Positions 43,650 through 53,249 are shown, counted from the first letter of the stretch. The stretch: DNA of 64,000 nucleotides from an uncultured Acidimicrobiales bacterium (GCA_937922785.1 CALAJQ010000006.1:122156-186155), one strand, 5' to 3'. Numbers and translations: made by a program. Notes: generated from the letters alone by a model not told the origin.

Positions 43650-44792
43650 GTGGTATCTGCCGTAGTGCGTGATCTCTGGGCCGAACCGGCTCCGGAGCCG
43701 TCGCGCTCGTCCAAAGTTGACAAGATCTTGATCCCTCTGCTGGTCGCCATCGGGATTATCGATGGTGTGCTTTCAGCCGAAGTGGGTTGGCCCGTCGTCA
43801 CAATCCCGCTGATGTCAGCGCTGCCTCTGGCGCTGATTTGGCGCCACACACGTCCTCTACCGGTGGCCATGGCCGTGTTTGGCTCCTATGCAGCCTTGCA
43901 CGGCGCAATGCTTATTGCGGGCGTGTCCAGCACGTTCTTGAACGGCGGTCTGATTGCGGTGACCGTTTACACGTTGGCGCGATGGGCTTCGGGGCGAGAT
44001 GCGATCATCGGTCTAGGGTTTGCAGCAGTTGGAACTGCGCTGGCCGGCAGCACCGGCGTCCTGCGAGAGTTTTCTGGAGTAGTTGGACTTCCGGGATTCG
44101 TCACTATTTGGATGCTGCTTGGCGTCGCCTTGCGACTGTGGTCCACCCGTGAAGCTGCTCGTCTTAGTGAGGCGAGGATGAGTGAAAGGAACCGCATAGC
44201 GCGAGAGCTTCACGACACGATCGCGCATCACGTTTCAGCAATCGCTATCCAAGCTCAGGGTGGGCAGGAAATTGTTCTGACCGATCCTCAAGCAGCTCAA
44301 AGCGCGCTTGGAGTGATCGAGAAAGAGGCTTCGTCGACTTTGGCCGAGATGCGACTAATCCTTGGCGTCCTACGAACAGAGGCACCGGCCGAGCTGCGCC
44401 CCAGCCGCGTAATTGCTGATATAGCTGGTCTGGCCGACGATTCGATTGGGCCCCCTCGGGTCGAGGTCTTAATGTCGGGTGACCTCGAAAACGTAAGTCC
44501 ATCTGTAGCGGCGGCGCTGTTTCGTCTTGCCCAAGAGGCGGTCACAAACTCCAGACGTCACGCTCGGCACGCCACAAAGGTCGAAGTCGAGATTCTTGGC
44601 ACGGATAGCCAGATTGCAATGACAGTCACCGACGACGGCCAGCCTGTGGCGCAGAACCGGTCGGGCTATGGATTGCTAGGCATGGTTGAGAGGGCAACCC
44701 TCCTGGGCGGCGACTGCTCAGCGGGCCCCGCCAACACAGACAAGGGATGGGTCGTCACAGCAACAATGCCGAGAAACGGGCGAGCCCTATGA
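43650..44792 (+). CDS. Sensor histidine kinase of the HisKA_3/NarL-type family, with a membrane-embedded sensor
   Basis: H-box ELHDTIAHHVSAIAIQAQ, several N-terminal TM helices, and a HATPase_c C-terminus. Confidence 0.85.
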   Translation: MVSAVVRDLWAEPAPEPSRSSKVDKILIPLLVAIGIIDGVLSAEVGWPVVTIPLMSALPLALIWRHTRPLPVAMAVFGSYAALHGAMLIAGVSSTFLNGGLIAVTVYTLARWASGRDAIIGLGFAAVGTALAGSTGVLREFSGVVGLPGFVTIWMLLGVALRLWSTREAARLSEARMSERNRIARELHDTIAHHVSAIAIQAQGGQEIVLTDPQAAQSALGVIEKEASSTLAEMRLILGVLRTEAPAELRPSRVIADIAGLADDSIGPPRVEVLMSGDLENVSPSVAAALFRLAQEAVTNSRRHARHATKVEVEILGTDSQIAMTVTDDGQPVAQNRSGYGLLGMVERATLLGGDCSAGPANTDKGWVVTATMPRNGRAL

Positions 44793-45463
44793 CAATCAAA
44801 GTTCTTGTCGTCGATGATCAAGAGATCATCAGAAGTGGTCTGAAGATGATCCTCAACGCACAAGATGGTATTGAGGTTGTCGGTGAGGGGTCCAACGGAT
44901 TTGAGGCTGTCGAGCTAGCCCGACGACTGCGACCAGATGTGTGCCTTTTTGATATTCGTATGCCCGGCATGGACGGTATCGAAGCCACAAGAAGACTTGC
45001 TGGACCCAAGGTGGCTGACCCAATGGCCGTCGTGATGATTACTACCTTTGACCTTGATGAGCACGTACATGATGCCCTCAAGGCGGGGGCCCGCGGATTC
45101 CTGCTGAAGGATGCCGGTAAGGATCTTCTGGTTCAGGCCATTCACGCTGCGGCGAACGGAGACGCATTGATCGCCCCAAGCATCACTGCCCGACTGTTGG
45201 AGACGTTCTCCAAATCAGCTTCTGCCGAGTCCGCCCGGGCACCTATCAATCCGTTAAGCGCCCGCGAAGAGGAGGTCCTTGCGACAGTTGCGGGTGGTAG
45301 TACCAATGCTGAAATCGCCGAAGAGCTACACATCAGCCTCAGCACGGTTAAGGCTCACCTTGCCAGCTTGATGACCAAACTCCAGGCTCGAAATCGTGTT
45401 GAAATCGCGATCTGGGCCTATGAAACCGGACGAGTTCCCGATTCCCAAACCGACGCCGGTTGA
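44789..45463 (+). CDS. Response regulator of the NarL/LuxR family
   Basis: REC domain (IKVLVVDDQ...D...K) and a C-terminal LuxR helix-turn-helix (SAREEEVLATVAGGSTNAEIAEELHISLSTVKAHL). ATGA overlap with the kinase stop, so ATG 44789 is preferred over the track start at 44747. Confidence 0.9.
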   Translation: MTIKVLVVDDQEIIRSGLKMILNAQDGIEVVGEGSNGFEAVELARRLRPDVCLFDIRMPGMDGIEATRRLAGPKVADPMAVVMITTFDLDEHVHDALKAGARGFLLKDAGKDLLVQAIHAAANGDALIAPSITARLLETFSKSASAESARAPINPLSAREEEVLATVAGGSTNAEIAEELHISLSTVKAHLASLMTKLQARNRVEIAIWAYETGRVPDSQTDAG

Positions 45464-45613
45464 CCAAAAGTAGTCGGTCCGATTGGCCAAAAGGCCAGTC
45501 GATCTTTGGCGCTTCAGCCGATGTTTGCGAACCGGCTCTCAGCCACGATGAATCCAACAAACATTCATCGAAGCCCAACCCAAGTTGTTGGGCCGCCGTG
45601 ACAGGAGAAACCA

Positions 45614-46066
45614 ATGAGCAAGGCAGTACTCAGTCGGCCAAACGCCGAAACGCGTTACACCGACACCTCGGTCGACATCAAGTTCCGATTGTCGGCGCTT
45701 TGGATCGCGACGATGTTCATCTACGCCTATGTCGACATATTCGGATTGATGAGGGCTGACTTCCTCGAATCACTGCTTGTTGGGGAAATCGTCAACACGC
45801 CGCTCAAGGTCAATCAGGGTTTCCTGATTTTCGCAGTGGCGTACATCCTTCCGGCCAGCCTGATGGTCTACTTCAGCCTCACTCTCAAACCCCGTGCTAA
45901 TCGGAGAGCGAACATGGTTGTCGCCGGGCTCTACATGGTGACAGTCGTGGCTTCGTGTGTTGGCGAAGAGTGGATCTACTTCTTGTTTGGGAGCGCAGTG
46001 GAACTTGTGCTGTTCGCAATGATCATTCGGTTGGCTAGGCATTGGCCAGTAGAGGCTTCTGTTTAA
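45614..46066 (+). CDS. Small integral membrane protein of unknown function, 150 aa with about 4 TM segments
   Basis: Hydrophobic segment pattern only. Confidence 0.4.
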   Translation: MSKAVLSRPNAETRYTDTSVDIKFRLSALWIATMFIYAYVDIFGLMRADFLESLLVGEIVNTPLKVNQGFLIFAVAYILPASLMVYFSLTLKPRANRRANMVVAGLYMVTVVASCVGEEWIYFLFGSAVELVLFAMIIRLARHWPVEASV

Positions 46067-46085
46067 CTGAAATCAGAGTTGACCC

Positions 46086-47282
46086 ATGACGCAGGTAGGG
46101 AATACTGGGCTGATGGATATCGACAAGATCAGAGCTGAGACTCCGGGCACAGAATCGGTTATTCACTTCAACAATGCAGGGTCGGCCCTCCCTCCGACGG
46201 TTGTGCTGGACACCGTTGTTGAGTATCTGCAAACCGAAGCTGTGACTGGAGGCTATGAGATTGTTGCCGACCGAACCGACGAGCTGGCAAGTGTCTACAC
46301 AGCAGCGAGTGCGCTAGTCGGTGGCCAGCCCGAGAACTGGGCGTTTGTGGAGTCAGCCACAAGGGCTTGGAACGCTGCGTTCTCGTCGCTTCGCTTTGAG
46401 CGAGGAGACAAGGTAATCACTAACAAGGCCGAGTATCCGTCCAACATGGGTGGACTACTTAGGGCGGCTGAGATCCAAGGCGTAGAGGTTCTGATTGCCC
46501 CAGACGACGAACACGGTCAGGTTGACGTGGCCGCAGTGGCGAACCTGCTGGACGAGCGAACCAAACTTGTTTCCGTTACCCATGTCCCCACCCAGGGCGG
46601 GCTAATCAACCCAACGAATGCTGTTGGCGCGATTCTCCGTGACACACCGGTTCTGTATCAAGTAGACGCGTGTCAATCGGTAGGGCAGCTAAATGTGAAC
46701 ATCGAGGAGATGGGCTGCGACGTCTTATCCTTCACCGGCCGAAAATTCGCTCGCGGGCCCAGAGGAACCGGAATGGTCTGGGCCAGCGACGCCGCTCTTG
46801 ACCGTATGAAGCTGCCAGCCGGGGTCGACATGCAAGGGGCCCAGTGGATAGAACCAATGGAGATCCTGCCTCTGTCTGGGGCCAAGCGATTTGAACCCTA
46901 TGAGATCTTCTTTGCTGGCAAGGTCGGGCTAGCGGCGGCCCTTCGGTATGCGGCCGAGCTTGGGATAGAGAACATCGAAGCGAGAAACACCGAGCTTTCG
47001 TCAAGCCTAAGAAGTCAGCTGGCTGCGATTCCCGGGGTTGGTGTCCACGACAAGGGCGCAAGGAAATCTGCAATAGTCACCTTTGGCGTGGACGGGCACG
47101 CCCCGGCCGACATTCAGGCGAAGCTGCGTGGTCTTGGAATCAATGTGTCTGTTACAGCGGAGAGCTCGGCCCGGCTCGATTTCCCGGAGCGGGGCCTAGG
47201 CGATCTAGTTAGGGCTTCAGTTCACTACTACAACACCGCCGAAGAGATCGACCGCTTTATCGAGGTGATCTCCGAGCTTTAA
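46086..47282 (+). CDS. Class V aminotransferase-fold PLP enzyme (cysteine desulfurase/selenocysteine lyase-like)
   Basis: 398 aa. The fold-type I PLP Lys region is LSFTGRKFARGPRGTG. Confidence 0.7.
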   Translation: MTQVGNTGLMDIDKIRAETPGTESVIHFNNAGSALPPTVVLDTVVEYLQTEAVTGGYEIVADRTDELASVYTAASALVGGQPENWAFVESATRAWNAAFSSLRFERGDKVITNKAEYPSNMGGLLRAAEIQGVEVLIAPDDEHGQVDVAAVANLLDERTKLVSVTHVPTQGGLINPTNAVGAILRDTPVLYQVDACQSVGQLNVNIEEMGCDVLSFTGRKFARGPRGTGMVWASDAALDRMKLPAGVDMQGAQWIEPMEILPLSGAKRFEPYEIFFAGKVGLAAALRYAAELGIENIEARNTELSSSLRSQLAAIPGVGVHDKGARKSAIVTFGVDGHAPADIQAKLRGLGINVSVTAESSARLDFPERGLGDLVRASVHYYNTAEEIDRFIEVISEL

Positions 47283-48319
47283 GAGCGGTTGTGGCAGGGC
47301 AACGTGCCTGAGTCTTCCAAGTCGCCTTCGACGTTGAGAAATTCCCAGCTGTAGTTGTCGTTGTCGAGGGTGAACTTAACAACCCCGCGGGACTGATTGT
47401 TGCGGATAGCTGACCCTGGCAAGGGATCACCAAACTCGGTGTATGGGGCGCCGCCGGTTCCAACGGTGAAGTTGGCTATGCCGCTCGAGTCCGGCTGGCC
47501 TTCGGGGTTGAGTTGTTCGAATCGTTCGTAGTGATGGCTGTTGCCAACTACCAATATGTCAGCCCCGTTGTCATACAACAGTTGGTAGAGGTCGCCCATG
47601 TTCTTGAGGCCGTCGTAGTTCTTCGAGGACGTGAACCGGGGTTGATGCCAAACAACCATGCGGCACTTATCGGGTTCTTGGGCGATGGCATCAGCCACAA
47701 ACGCGTATTGGGGCGAATTGGGTCCGCAGAACTTGACCTTTGAACAGGCCGAGTTCAGTCCGAAGATTTGCCAACCTTGGTTGGTGTAGGTCCACCAGCC
47801 CTCGTCGGGATTACCGGCGCGCTCAACACCCATGGTTGCAAAGTAGGCGGCCCCTTCTGCGGTGTCGTAGTCGTTATCCCCGGGCACGCTTCTGATTCGA
47901 TCCATCGTTGGGCCATAAAGCGGCAAGAAGCAGTTGTCGAAGTCAGCCTGTGAGCCTGCGGGGTAAGCCAAATCTCCAACTATCAACACGTCGCCTGGAG
48001 TCTCTGCAACTAGCTCGGCAACGTTTGCCGCCGGTTCGCGACAATCAGCAGCATCTCCAAAGGCCAGCACGTCAAAGGGTTCATAGACCGGTGGGGGAGG
48101 ATCGGTTGGTTCGGTCGTTGTCTCGATTGAAGTAGTAGGTTCGGCCTCGCTCGTGGTCACCTCTTCTTCGGTGGTGTCAGGCTGGGTGGTGGCTTCACTT
48201 GTGGGAGTCGTCGGCACCTCTGTTGTGGTGGCCGACTCGCTAGTGCAGCCAGCGGCGACCAGGGCCAAAACCACAAAGAGTGCGCGAAAGATTGCGGAGA
48301 AATTTCTCATAGACCTCAT
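47279..48319 (-). CDS. Secreted lipoprotein metallophosphoesterase (calcineurin-like)
   Basis: Lipobox LVAAGC, a Thr/Glu-rich linker, and phosphoesterase motifs GDAAD...GDLAY...GNSHHYER. The start is set at MRSMRNF (48319) rather than the track start at 48367. Confidence 0.65.
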   Translation of the reverse strand: MRSMRNFSAIFRALFVVLALVAAGCTSESATTTEVPTTPTSEATTQPDTTEEEVTTSEAEPTTSIETTTEPTDPPPPVYEPFDVLAFGDAADCREPAANVAELVAETPGDVLIVGDLAYPAGSQADFDNCFLPLYGPTMDRIRSVPGDNDYDTAEGAAYFATMGVERAGNPDEGWWTYTNQGWQIFGLNSACSKVKFCGPNSPQYAFVADAIAQEPDKCRMVVWHQPRFTSSKNYDGLKNMGDLYQLLYDNGADILVVGNSHHYERFEQLNPEGQPDSSGIANFTVGTGGAPYTEFGDPLPGSAIRNNQSRGVVKFTLDNDNYSWEFLNVEGDLEDSGTLPCHNRS

Positions 48320-48396
48320 AGAGATTAGGTGACCTTTTGTGCGGTGGCGGATCGGGGTGCTATCCAATGCAAATGGGAGAATTTGTCAACGTTGAA

Positions 48397-49158
48397 ATGT
48401 CCGATACCGAAGGCGTAGCGATTATGCGCATTGATCGGCCAAAGGTAAACGCGATTGACCGTCAGCTAGGCGAAGAACTGCTTGCTGCCGCCACCGAAAT
48501 CGAGGGTCGAGAAGACATCGGAGCCGTTGTGCTGTGGGGTGGCCCGAAGATCTTTGCAGCTGGTGCAGACATTGCGAAGTTTCCGATCGAGGGCGCCGAT
48601 CGAAACCCGACTGACTATGTCAGGCCCCTAATCGAAGCGAACGCCAAGCTGGAGGGATTGCCCCAAATCACCGTGTCGGCAGTGAACGGAGTTGCTCTGG
48701 GTGGCGGTTGTGAGCTGGCTATGGCTACTGACTTCCGGGTCTGTGGAGAGAGCGCTCGATTTGGCCAGCCCGAGATATTGCTTGGCATCATCCCGGGTGC
48801 CGGTGGAACCCAACGTTTGCCTCGACTTGTCGGTATCACCAAAGCCAAGGAACTTAACTACTCAGGCAGAATGGTTAAGGCCGACGAAGCTCTAGCTATT
48901 GGTCTGGTTTCGGCGGTGCACCCAGACGAAGAAGTTCTGGCAGGCGCAATCGCGATGGTTGCTCCTTATGTCAACGGTCCCGCCGCACTCAAGCACGTCA
49001 AGAAGGCAATGATGGATGGCCTGCACCTATCCCTGTCTGACGCTCTCGATGTGGAGCTGGTCGAGTTCGTGGCCAGCTTCCAGACCGATGACGCCGTTAC
49101 AGGCATCAACAGTTTCTTAGAGAACGGGCCCGGCAAAGCTACGTTCGAAGGCCGATAG
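48397..49158 (+). CDS. Enoyl-CoA hydratase/isomerase (crotonase family)
   Basis: GVAIMRIDRPKVNAI...AAVNGVALGGGCELAMATDFRV. The start is placed at MSDTEG. Confidence 0.85.
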   Translation: MSDTEGVAIMRIDRPKVNAIDRQLGEELLAAATEIEGREDIGAVVLWGGPKIFAAGADIAKFPIEGADRNPTDYVRPLIEANAKLEGLPQITVSAVNGVALGGGCELAMATDFRVCGESARFGQPEILLGIIPGAGGTQRLPRLVGITKAKELNYSGRMVKADEALAIGLVSAVHPDEEVLAGAIAMVAPYVNGPAALKHVKKAMMDGLHLSLSDALDVELVEFVASFQTDDAVTGINSFLENGPGKATFEGR

Positions 49159-49190
49159 TTCAAGCCTGCTTCCGGCTTCTGAAAGGGCTT

Positions 49191-50018
49191 CTAGGCGCCC
49201 AGTAGGACAGCTGCACCTAAAGCAAAACCAAATCCCAACCATTGGGAGTTGGACAGCCGTTCTTTCAGAAACACCCAAGCAAAGGCTGCGTTCGGAGCCG
49301 GGAACAGGGCGGTCAGGGCGCCGACCACTGACAGGTCACCCTCGCGGCTCGCCCAAAGAAAGAATCCATTGGCGGCCATGTCAAGCATGCCGGATGCAAT
49401 TGCGATCGGTATGGCAATGGCGCCAGTCAGACTCAGCCCAGCTGACCGGACCATGATGGCGATAGTCATGACTCCGCCAACTTTGGTGAACACAAGCGGC
49501 CAGGCTCCGGCGTCATCGGGAGTTTGTGCAAGCAAGGTAAAGAACAGTCCGAATCCAAGACCACTAGCGAGAGCTAGCACGAGCGGGCGAGAGTCGGTGA
49601 TGTCGGGCAACTTGAGTGTGCCTCCCGATAACAGCCAGACCGCTGGAATGACCAATGCCATGCCGAAGATCGCCACCAGCTCGGGTCGTTCTCCCAACGC
49701 AATGCCAGCAACAACTGGGACGACGCCGCTGGTAACTCCGACCAAAGGGCTCACCAGCTGGAACTGGCCGATGGAAAAGGCCTGAAACATAAGCAGTAGC
49801 CCGAGGCCGCCAGCGACTCCACCTGCGGTAGCAAACCCGATTGTCTTCAGGCTTAACTCGCCCCCAATGATGGCCAGCAGAACCAAGCTGAGCAGAAACC
49901 CGCCGACCTGTGCCCCAAACGCCACCGACTTCGCATCATGCTCGCGGGATCCGAAGCCTCCCATGAAATCCGACGCCCCAAAAAAGGCGGCGGAGCAGAG
50001 CGCAAGTAGGACGGCCAT
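49191..50018 (-). CDS. DMT/EamA-like polytopic membrane transporter
   Basis: About 9-10 TM segments. 275 aa. No further motif is recognised. Confidence 0.45.
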   Translation of the reverse strand: MAVLLALCSAAFFGASDFMGGFGSREHDAKSVAFGAQVGGFLLSLVLLAIIGGELSLKTIGFATAGGVAGGLGLLLMFQAFSIGQFQLVSPLVGVTSGVVPVVAGIALGERPELVAIFGMALVIPAVWLLSGGTLKLPDITDSRPLVLALASGLGFGLFFTLLAQTPDDAGAWPLVFTKVGGVMTIAIMVRSAGLSLTGAIAIPIAIASGMLDMAANGFFLWASREGDLSVVGALTALFPAPNAAFAWVFLKERLSNSQWLGFGFALGAAVLLGA

Positions 50019-50072
50019 TGGACTACGGAATCTACTGGCTTGAACGAGTCCCGGTGCTCATAGATTGAACCG

Positions 50073-50618
50073 GTGCTTGATCCTTACCCAATCCCTGGTG
50101 ACACCGCCGAGATTCTGCTGACCGCTGAACAGATCGCAACACGAGTGGGCGAACTTGGCCGCCAGATAGCAACTGACTACGCCGGCAACAATCCGCTGCT
50201 GGTGGCCATCATGAAGGGTTCGACACCATTCGTGGCCGACCTAATGCGGGCCATAGAGGCCCCGGTTGAGCTGGACGTAATGTGTGTGTCCTCCTATGGA
50301 GATGACACCCAAAGCTCGGGTGTGGTGAAGATAGTCAAGGATTTAGACGTAGCGGCCGCGGATCGGCACGTCATTCTGGTTGAAGACATTATCGACTCGG
50401 GGCTGACCATGCGCTTCTTGCTGGAACACCTTGAGGCCCAAGGTCCAGCGTCGTTGGCGGCGTGCTCGCTGTTGGCTCGTGAAGGACAACAGGCGCCTGG
50501 CGTACGAGTTGACTATCTGGGATTCGAGATACCGCCCACCTTTGTGGTTGGCTACGGCTTGGACGCTCGCCAGCAGTATCGAAACCTGCCTTACGTCGCC
50601 GCCTACACAGGCCCCTAA
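50073..50618 (+). CDS. hpt: Hypoxanthine-guanine phosphoribosyltransferase
   Basis: PRPP-binding motif VILVEDIIDSGLTM. 181 aa. Confidence 0.9.
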   Translation: MLDPYPIPGDTAEILLTAEQIATRVGELGRQIATDYAGNNPLLVAIMKGSTPFVADLMRAIEAPVELDVMCVSSYGDDTQSSGVVKIVKDLDVAAADRHVILVEDIIDSGLTMRFLLEHLEAQGPASLAACSLLAREGQQAPGVRVDYLGFEIPPTFVVGYGLDARQQYRNLPYVAAYTGP

Positions 50619-50634
50619 AACATCCGAAATGGCG

Positions 50635-50664
50635 GTAGCCGGGCCCGTATCCGGGCGTGGGCGC
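50635..50664. repeat. Short GC-rich palindromic element, family B copy 2, downstream of the hpt stop
   Basis: GTAGCCGGGCCCGTATCCGGGCGTGGGCGC. Confidence 0.7.
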
Positions 50665-50686
50665 AGCCAGAACCTGTTGTAGTTTG

Positions 50687-50718
50687 TCCGTACATCCGTA
50701 CATCCGTACATCCGTACA
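50687..50718. repeat. Octanucleotide microsatellite (TCCGTACA)x4, perfect, 55-86 bp upstream of the second metY start
   Basis: Read directly from the sequence: tccgtacatccgtacatccgtacatccgtaca. Confidence 0.9.
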
Positions 50719-50772
50719 AGAAATGCCAAATGTCAGTTGGGCTTAGGGGACGGGTCACCCTAGTTTCGAGAC

Positions 50773-52098
50773 ATGGCAACAGACTCATGGGGTTTTGAGA
50801 CCCGACAAATTCACTCAGGGCAAGAACCCGACAGCGCCACCGGCGCTCGCGCGGTACCGATCTATCAGACCACTGCATTCCAATTCAGGGATTCAGAACA
50901 TGCGGCAGCGCTGTTCGGTCTCGCCGAACCAGGCAACATCTACACCCGAATAATGAACCCAACTCAAGGAGTACTCGAGACTCGAATCTCGGCTCTTGAG
51001 AACGGACTATCGGAGACCGCAGCCGGAGTTCCTGGAGCGCTCGTTGTGTCATCTGGTCAGGCCGCGGAGACAATTGCGATCTTGAACATCGCCGAAGCGG
51101 GCGATCACATCGTCGCCGCCTCTGCTTTGTATGGCGGCACGTACAACCTGCTGCACTACACGCTTCCAAAGCTCGGCATCACAACAACATTTGTTGATGA
51201 CTCTGACGACCTTGATGCTTGGCGGGCCGCAGTGCAGCCCAACACCAAGCTGTTTTATGGCGAAAGCATCGGCAACCCCAAGAACAACGTCCTTGACCTT
51301 GAGGGCATTGCGTCAGTTGCTCATGCGTCGGGCGTTCCGCTGATGATTGACAACACGGTTGCTACTCCGTACTTGATTCGCCCACTTGAGTGGGGCGCAG
51401 ACATTGTGGTTCATTCGGCTACGAAATTTATGGGTGGCCACGGTAACTCAATGGCTGGTGCCATTGTGGACGGTGGCACTTTTGAGTTCTCCGACGCCGA
51501 GAGGTTCCCGAACTACAACCAGCCCGACCCCAGCTACCACGGCCTTACCTACTGGCCAATGCTTGGTCACGGTTCCTTCATCGCAAAGGCCCGGGTTCAA
51601 CTGCTGCGAGACCTTGGTTCAGCGATCAGCCCGTTTAACGCTTTCCAAATTCTGCAGGGGCTTGAGACGCTTTCACTTCGGATGGAGCGCCACGTCGACA
51701 ACGCTCAGGTTGTTGCGCAGTGGTTGGAGGCTCGTGACGAGGTTGAGAGTGTCAACTACTCGGGTCTGGAGTCTTCCCAATGGCACGAGGCTGGGAAGAA
51801 GTACACCCAAGGCCGAGGCTTCGGCTCGGTCCCATCCTTCATCATCAAGGGAGGCCGAGAGGCCGGTCAACGATTTGTTGATGCGCTTGAGTTACACAGC
51901 CACGTAGCCAACATCGGCGATGTTCGCTCGTTGGTAATCCACCCTGGATCAACTACGCACTCGCAGCTAAACGAGGCTGAGCAAGCCGCTGCCGGGGTCC
52001 ATCCTGGATTGATCCGCTTGAGCGTTGGCCTGGAGAGCATTGACGACATCCTCGCCGATCTGGAGGCTGGTTTTGTAGCAGCGAAGTCGGCGGCCTAG
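50773..52098 (+). CDS. metY: O-acetylhomoserine sulfhydrylase (MetY family), paralogue 2
   Basis: 441 aa. It aligns along its full length with the protein encoded at 17228-18550 ('...HSATKFMGGHGNSMAG...SLVIHPGSTTH...'). Confidence 0.85.
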   Translation: MATDSWGFETRQIHSGQEPDSATGARAVPIYQTTAFQFRDSEHAAALFGLAEPGNIYTRIMNPTQGVLETRISALENGLSETAAGVPGALVVSSGQAAETIAILNIAEAGDHIVAASALYGGTYNLLHYTLPKLGITTTFVDDSDDLDAWRAAVQPNTKLFYGESIGNPKNNVLDLEGIASVAHASGVPLMIDNTVATPYLIRPLEWGADIVVHSATKFMGGHGNSMAGAIVDGGTFEFSDAERFPNYNQPDPSYHGLTYWPMLGHGSFIAKARVQLLRDLGSAISPFNAFQILQGLETLSLRMERHVDNAQVVAQWLEARDEVESVNYSGLESSQWHEAGKKYTQGRGFGSVPSFIIKGGREAGQRFVDALELHSHVANIGDVRSLVIHPGSTTHSQLNEAEQAAAGVHPGLIRLSVGLESIDDILADLEAGFVAAKSAA

Positions 52099-52122
52099 CT
52101 GCTTCACATACCAACCCCCCAG

Positions 52123-53109
52123 CTACCCAGCTGCCAGGGCCTTCCAGAGGCTCCGGTAGCTGGGCCAGGTGTAGGCAGGAGTGACGTAACCACTTTCGAC
52201 CAGTTCTGCGTGGAACTTCTCTAGGTTCCAGCACGGTACGCCCATGTCAACGTGGTGAGCGAGATGCCAGCCCACCGAGAACGGGACCATAAAGAACTTG
52301 GCAAGCTGATGTTGCTCGACGTGATGGGTGGTTTCGCGACGGTCTTGTGAGCGGGTCATTCCACCGTGTTCGCTGATGGAACGAAGCCGGTTTATGACCC
52401 GCCAGTAGGTCATATACGGCCCAAACCAGCAAAAAATCCACATCAATGGATGGCCTAATGCGGTGGCCACTACAAACGACCCGGCCTGAACCCCCAGAAT
52501 CCGACGGGCGTGGGTTTTGCCCTTGCCCTTCTTGGCCGCACGACCCAAGCCTTTAAGCAGTCTCCAGCCTGACTGGCCAGTGGCATCGCGAACCAACTTA
52601 CGCTTCATCGAAGCCTTGGTGATCGGGTAGTTTGCATATAAACCGGTGTCAGGCTCCTTCGGGCCGAACTCATCACGGTGGTGGTTGATGTGGGTGCGTC
52701 GGTACAAGTCAAACGGCGACCAGCCCGGGTAGGACAGTACCCATCGGCCTACAAAGTCATTGGCCTTGCGGTTTGAGAACAGGGTGCGATGGGCGGCTTC
52801 ATGGCCCAAGATGTTCAGCTTCATCACCGAACGGCCACCTTCGATGAACGCAACGCCATACATCAAAGGGTTGTTCAGCCAAGCAGCTGCGGTCATGACG
52901 CCTAGTAGTTCGGCCCAAGTTGCACCGACGGCGAGTGCGGCCCTGGTGTTGGGAATCTCTCGCAACTCACTTCGAACAGCAGGCACAGCTTTGCCGCTGA
53001 CGAGCAGTCGGTCGGTTGGCAGCACGTCGGGCAGGGCGTCCTGGTCAGGCACCATTCCCCCTAACCGAACGTCCACGACGAAGTCCTCAGCCGCACTGTT
53101 GTAGACCAT
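52123..53109 (-). CDS. Membrane fatty-acid desaturase family protein
   Basis: Three His boxes: HEAAH, HINHH and HHVDM/HVEQH. 328 aa. Confidence 0.65.
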   Translation of the reverse strand: MVYNSAAEDFVVDVRLGGMVPDQDALPDVLPTDRLLVSGKAVPAVRSELREIPNTRAALAVGATWAELLGVMTAAAWLNNPLMYGVAFIEGGRSVMKLNILGHEAAHRTLFSNRKANDFVGRWVLSYPGWSPFDLYRRTHINHHRDEFGPKEPDTGLYANYPITKASMKRKLVRDATGQSGWRLLKGLGRAAKKGKGKTHARRILGVQAGSFVVATALGHPLMWIFCWFGPYMTYWRVINRLRSISEHGGMTRSQDRRETTHHVEQHQLAKFFMVPFSVGWHLAHHVDMGVPCWNLEKFHAELVESGYVTPAYTWPSYRSLWKALAAG

Positions 53110-53249
53110 GTCGAGAGCTTACAACTGGGTCCGCCGCTGGTGGTAGCCGTCGTGGCACCATTAGCCTCTCGCCAAGTAGGAGATTTGCCGTGCCAGAGTG
53201 TCCCGCAGTAGACGGATCCAGCCCAAGACAGACCAGTTTCGATGGTCCG

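Noticed and set aside
44747-44788. An earlier start for the response regulator (MGRHSNNAEKRASP...).
   Set aside because: It would overlap the kinase by 46 bp. ATG 44789 gives the canonical ATGA coupling and a typical REC N-terminus (MTIKVLVVDD).
53016-53249. The long N-terminal extension of the cyclophilin ORF.
   Set aside because: It overlaps the divergent desaturase gene and is Arg/Pro-rich. The internal Met at 53250 gives a standard cyclophilin of about 165 aa.
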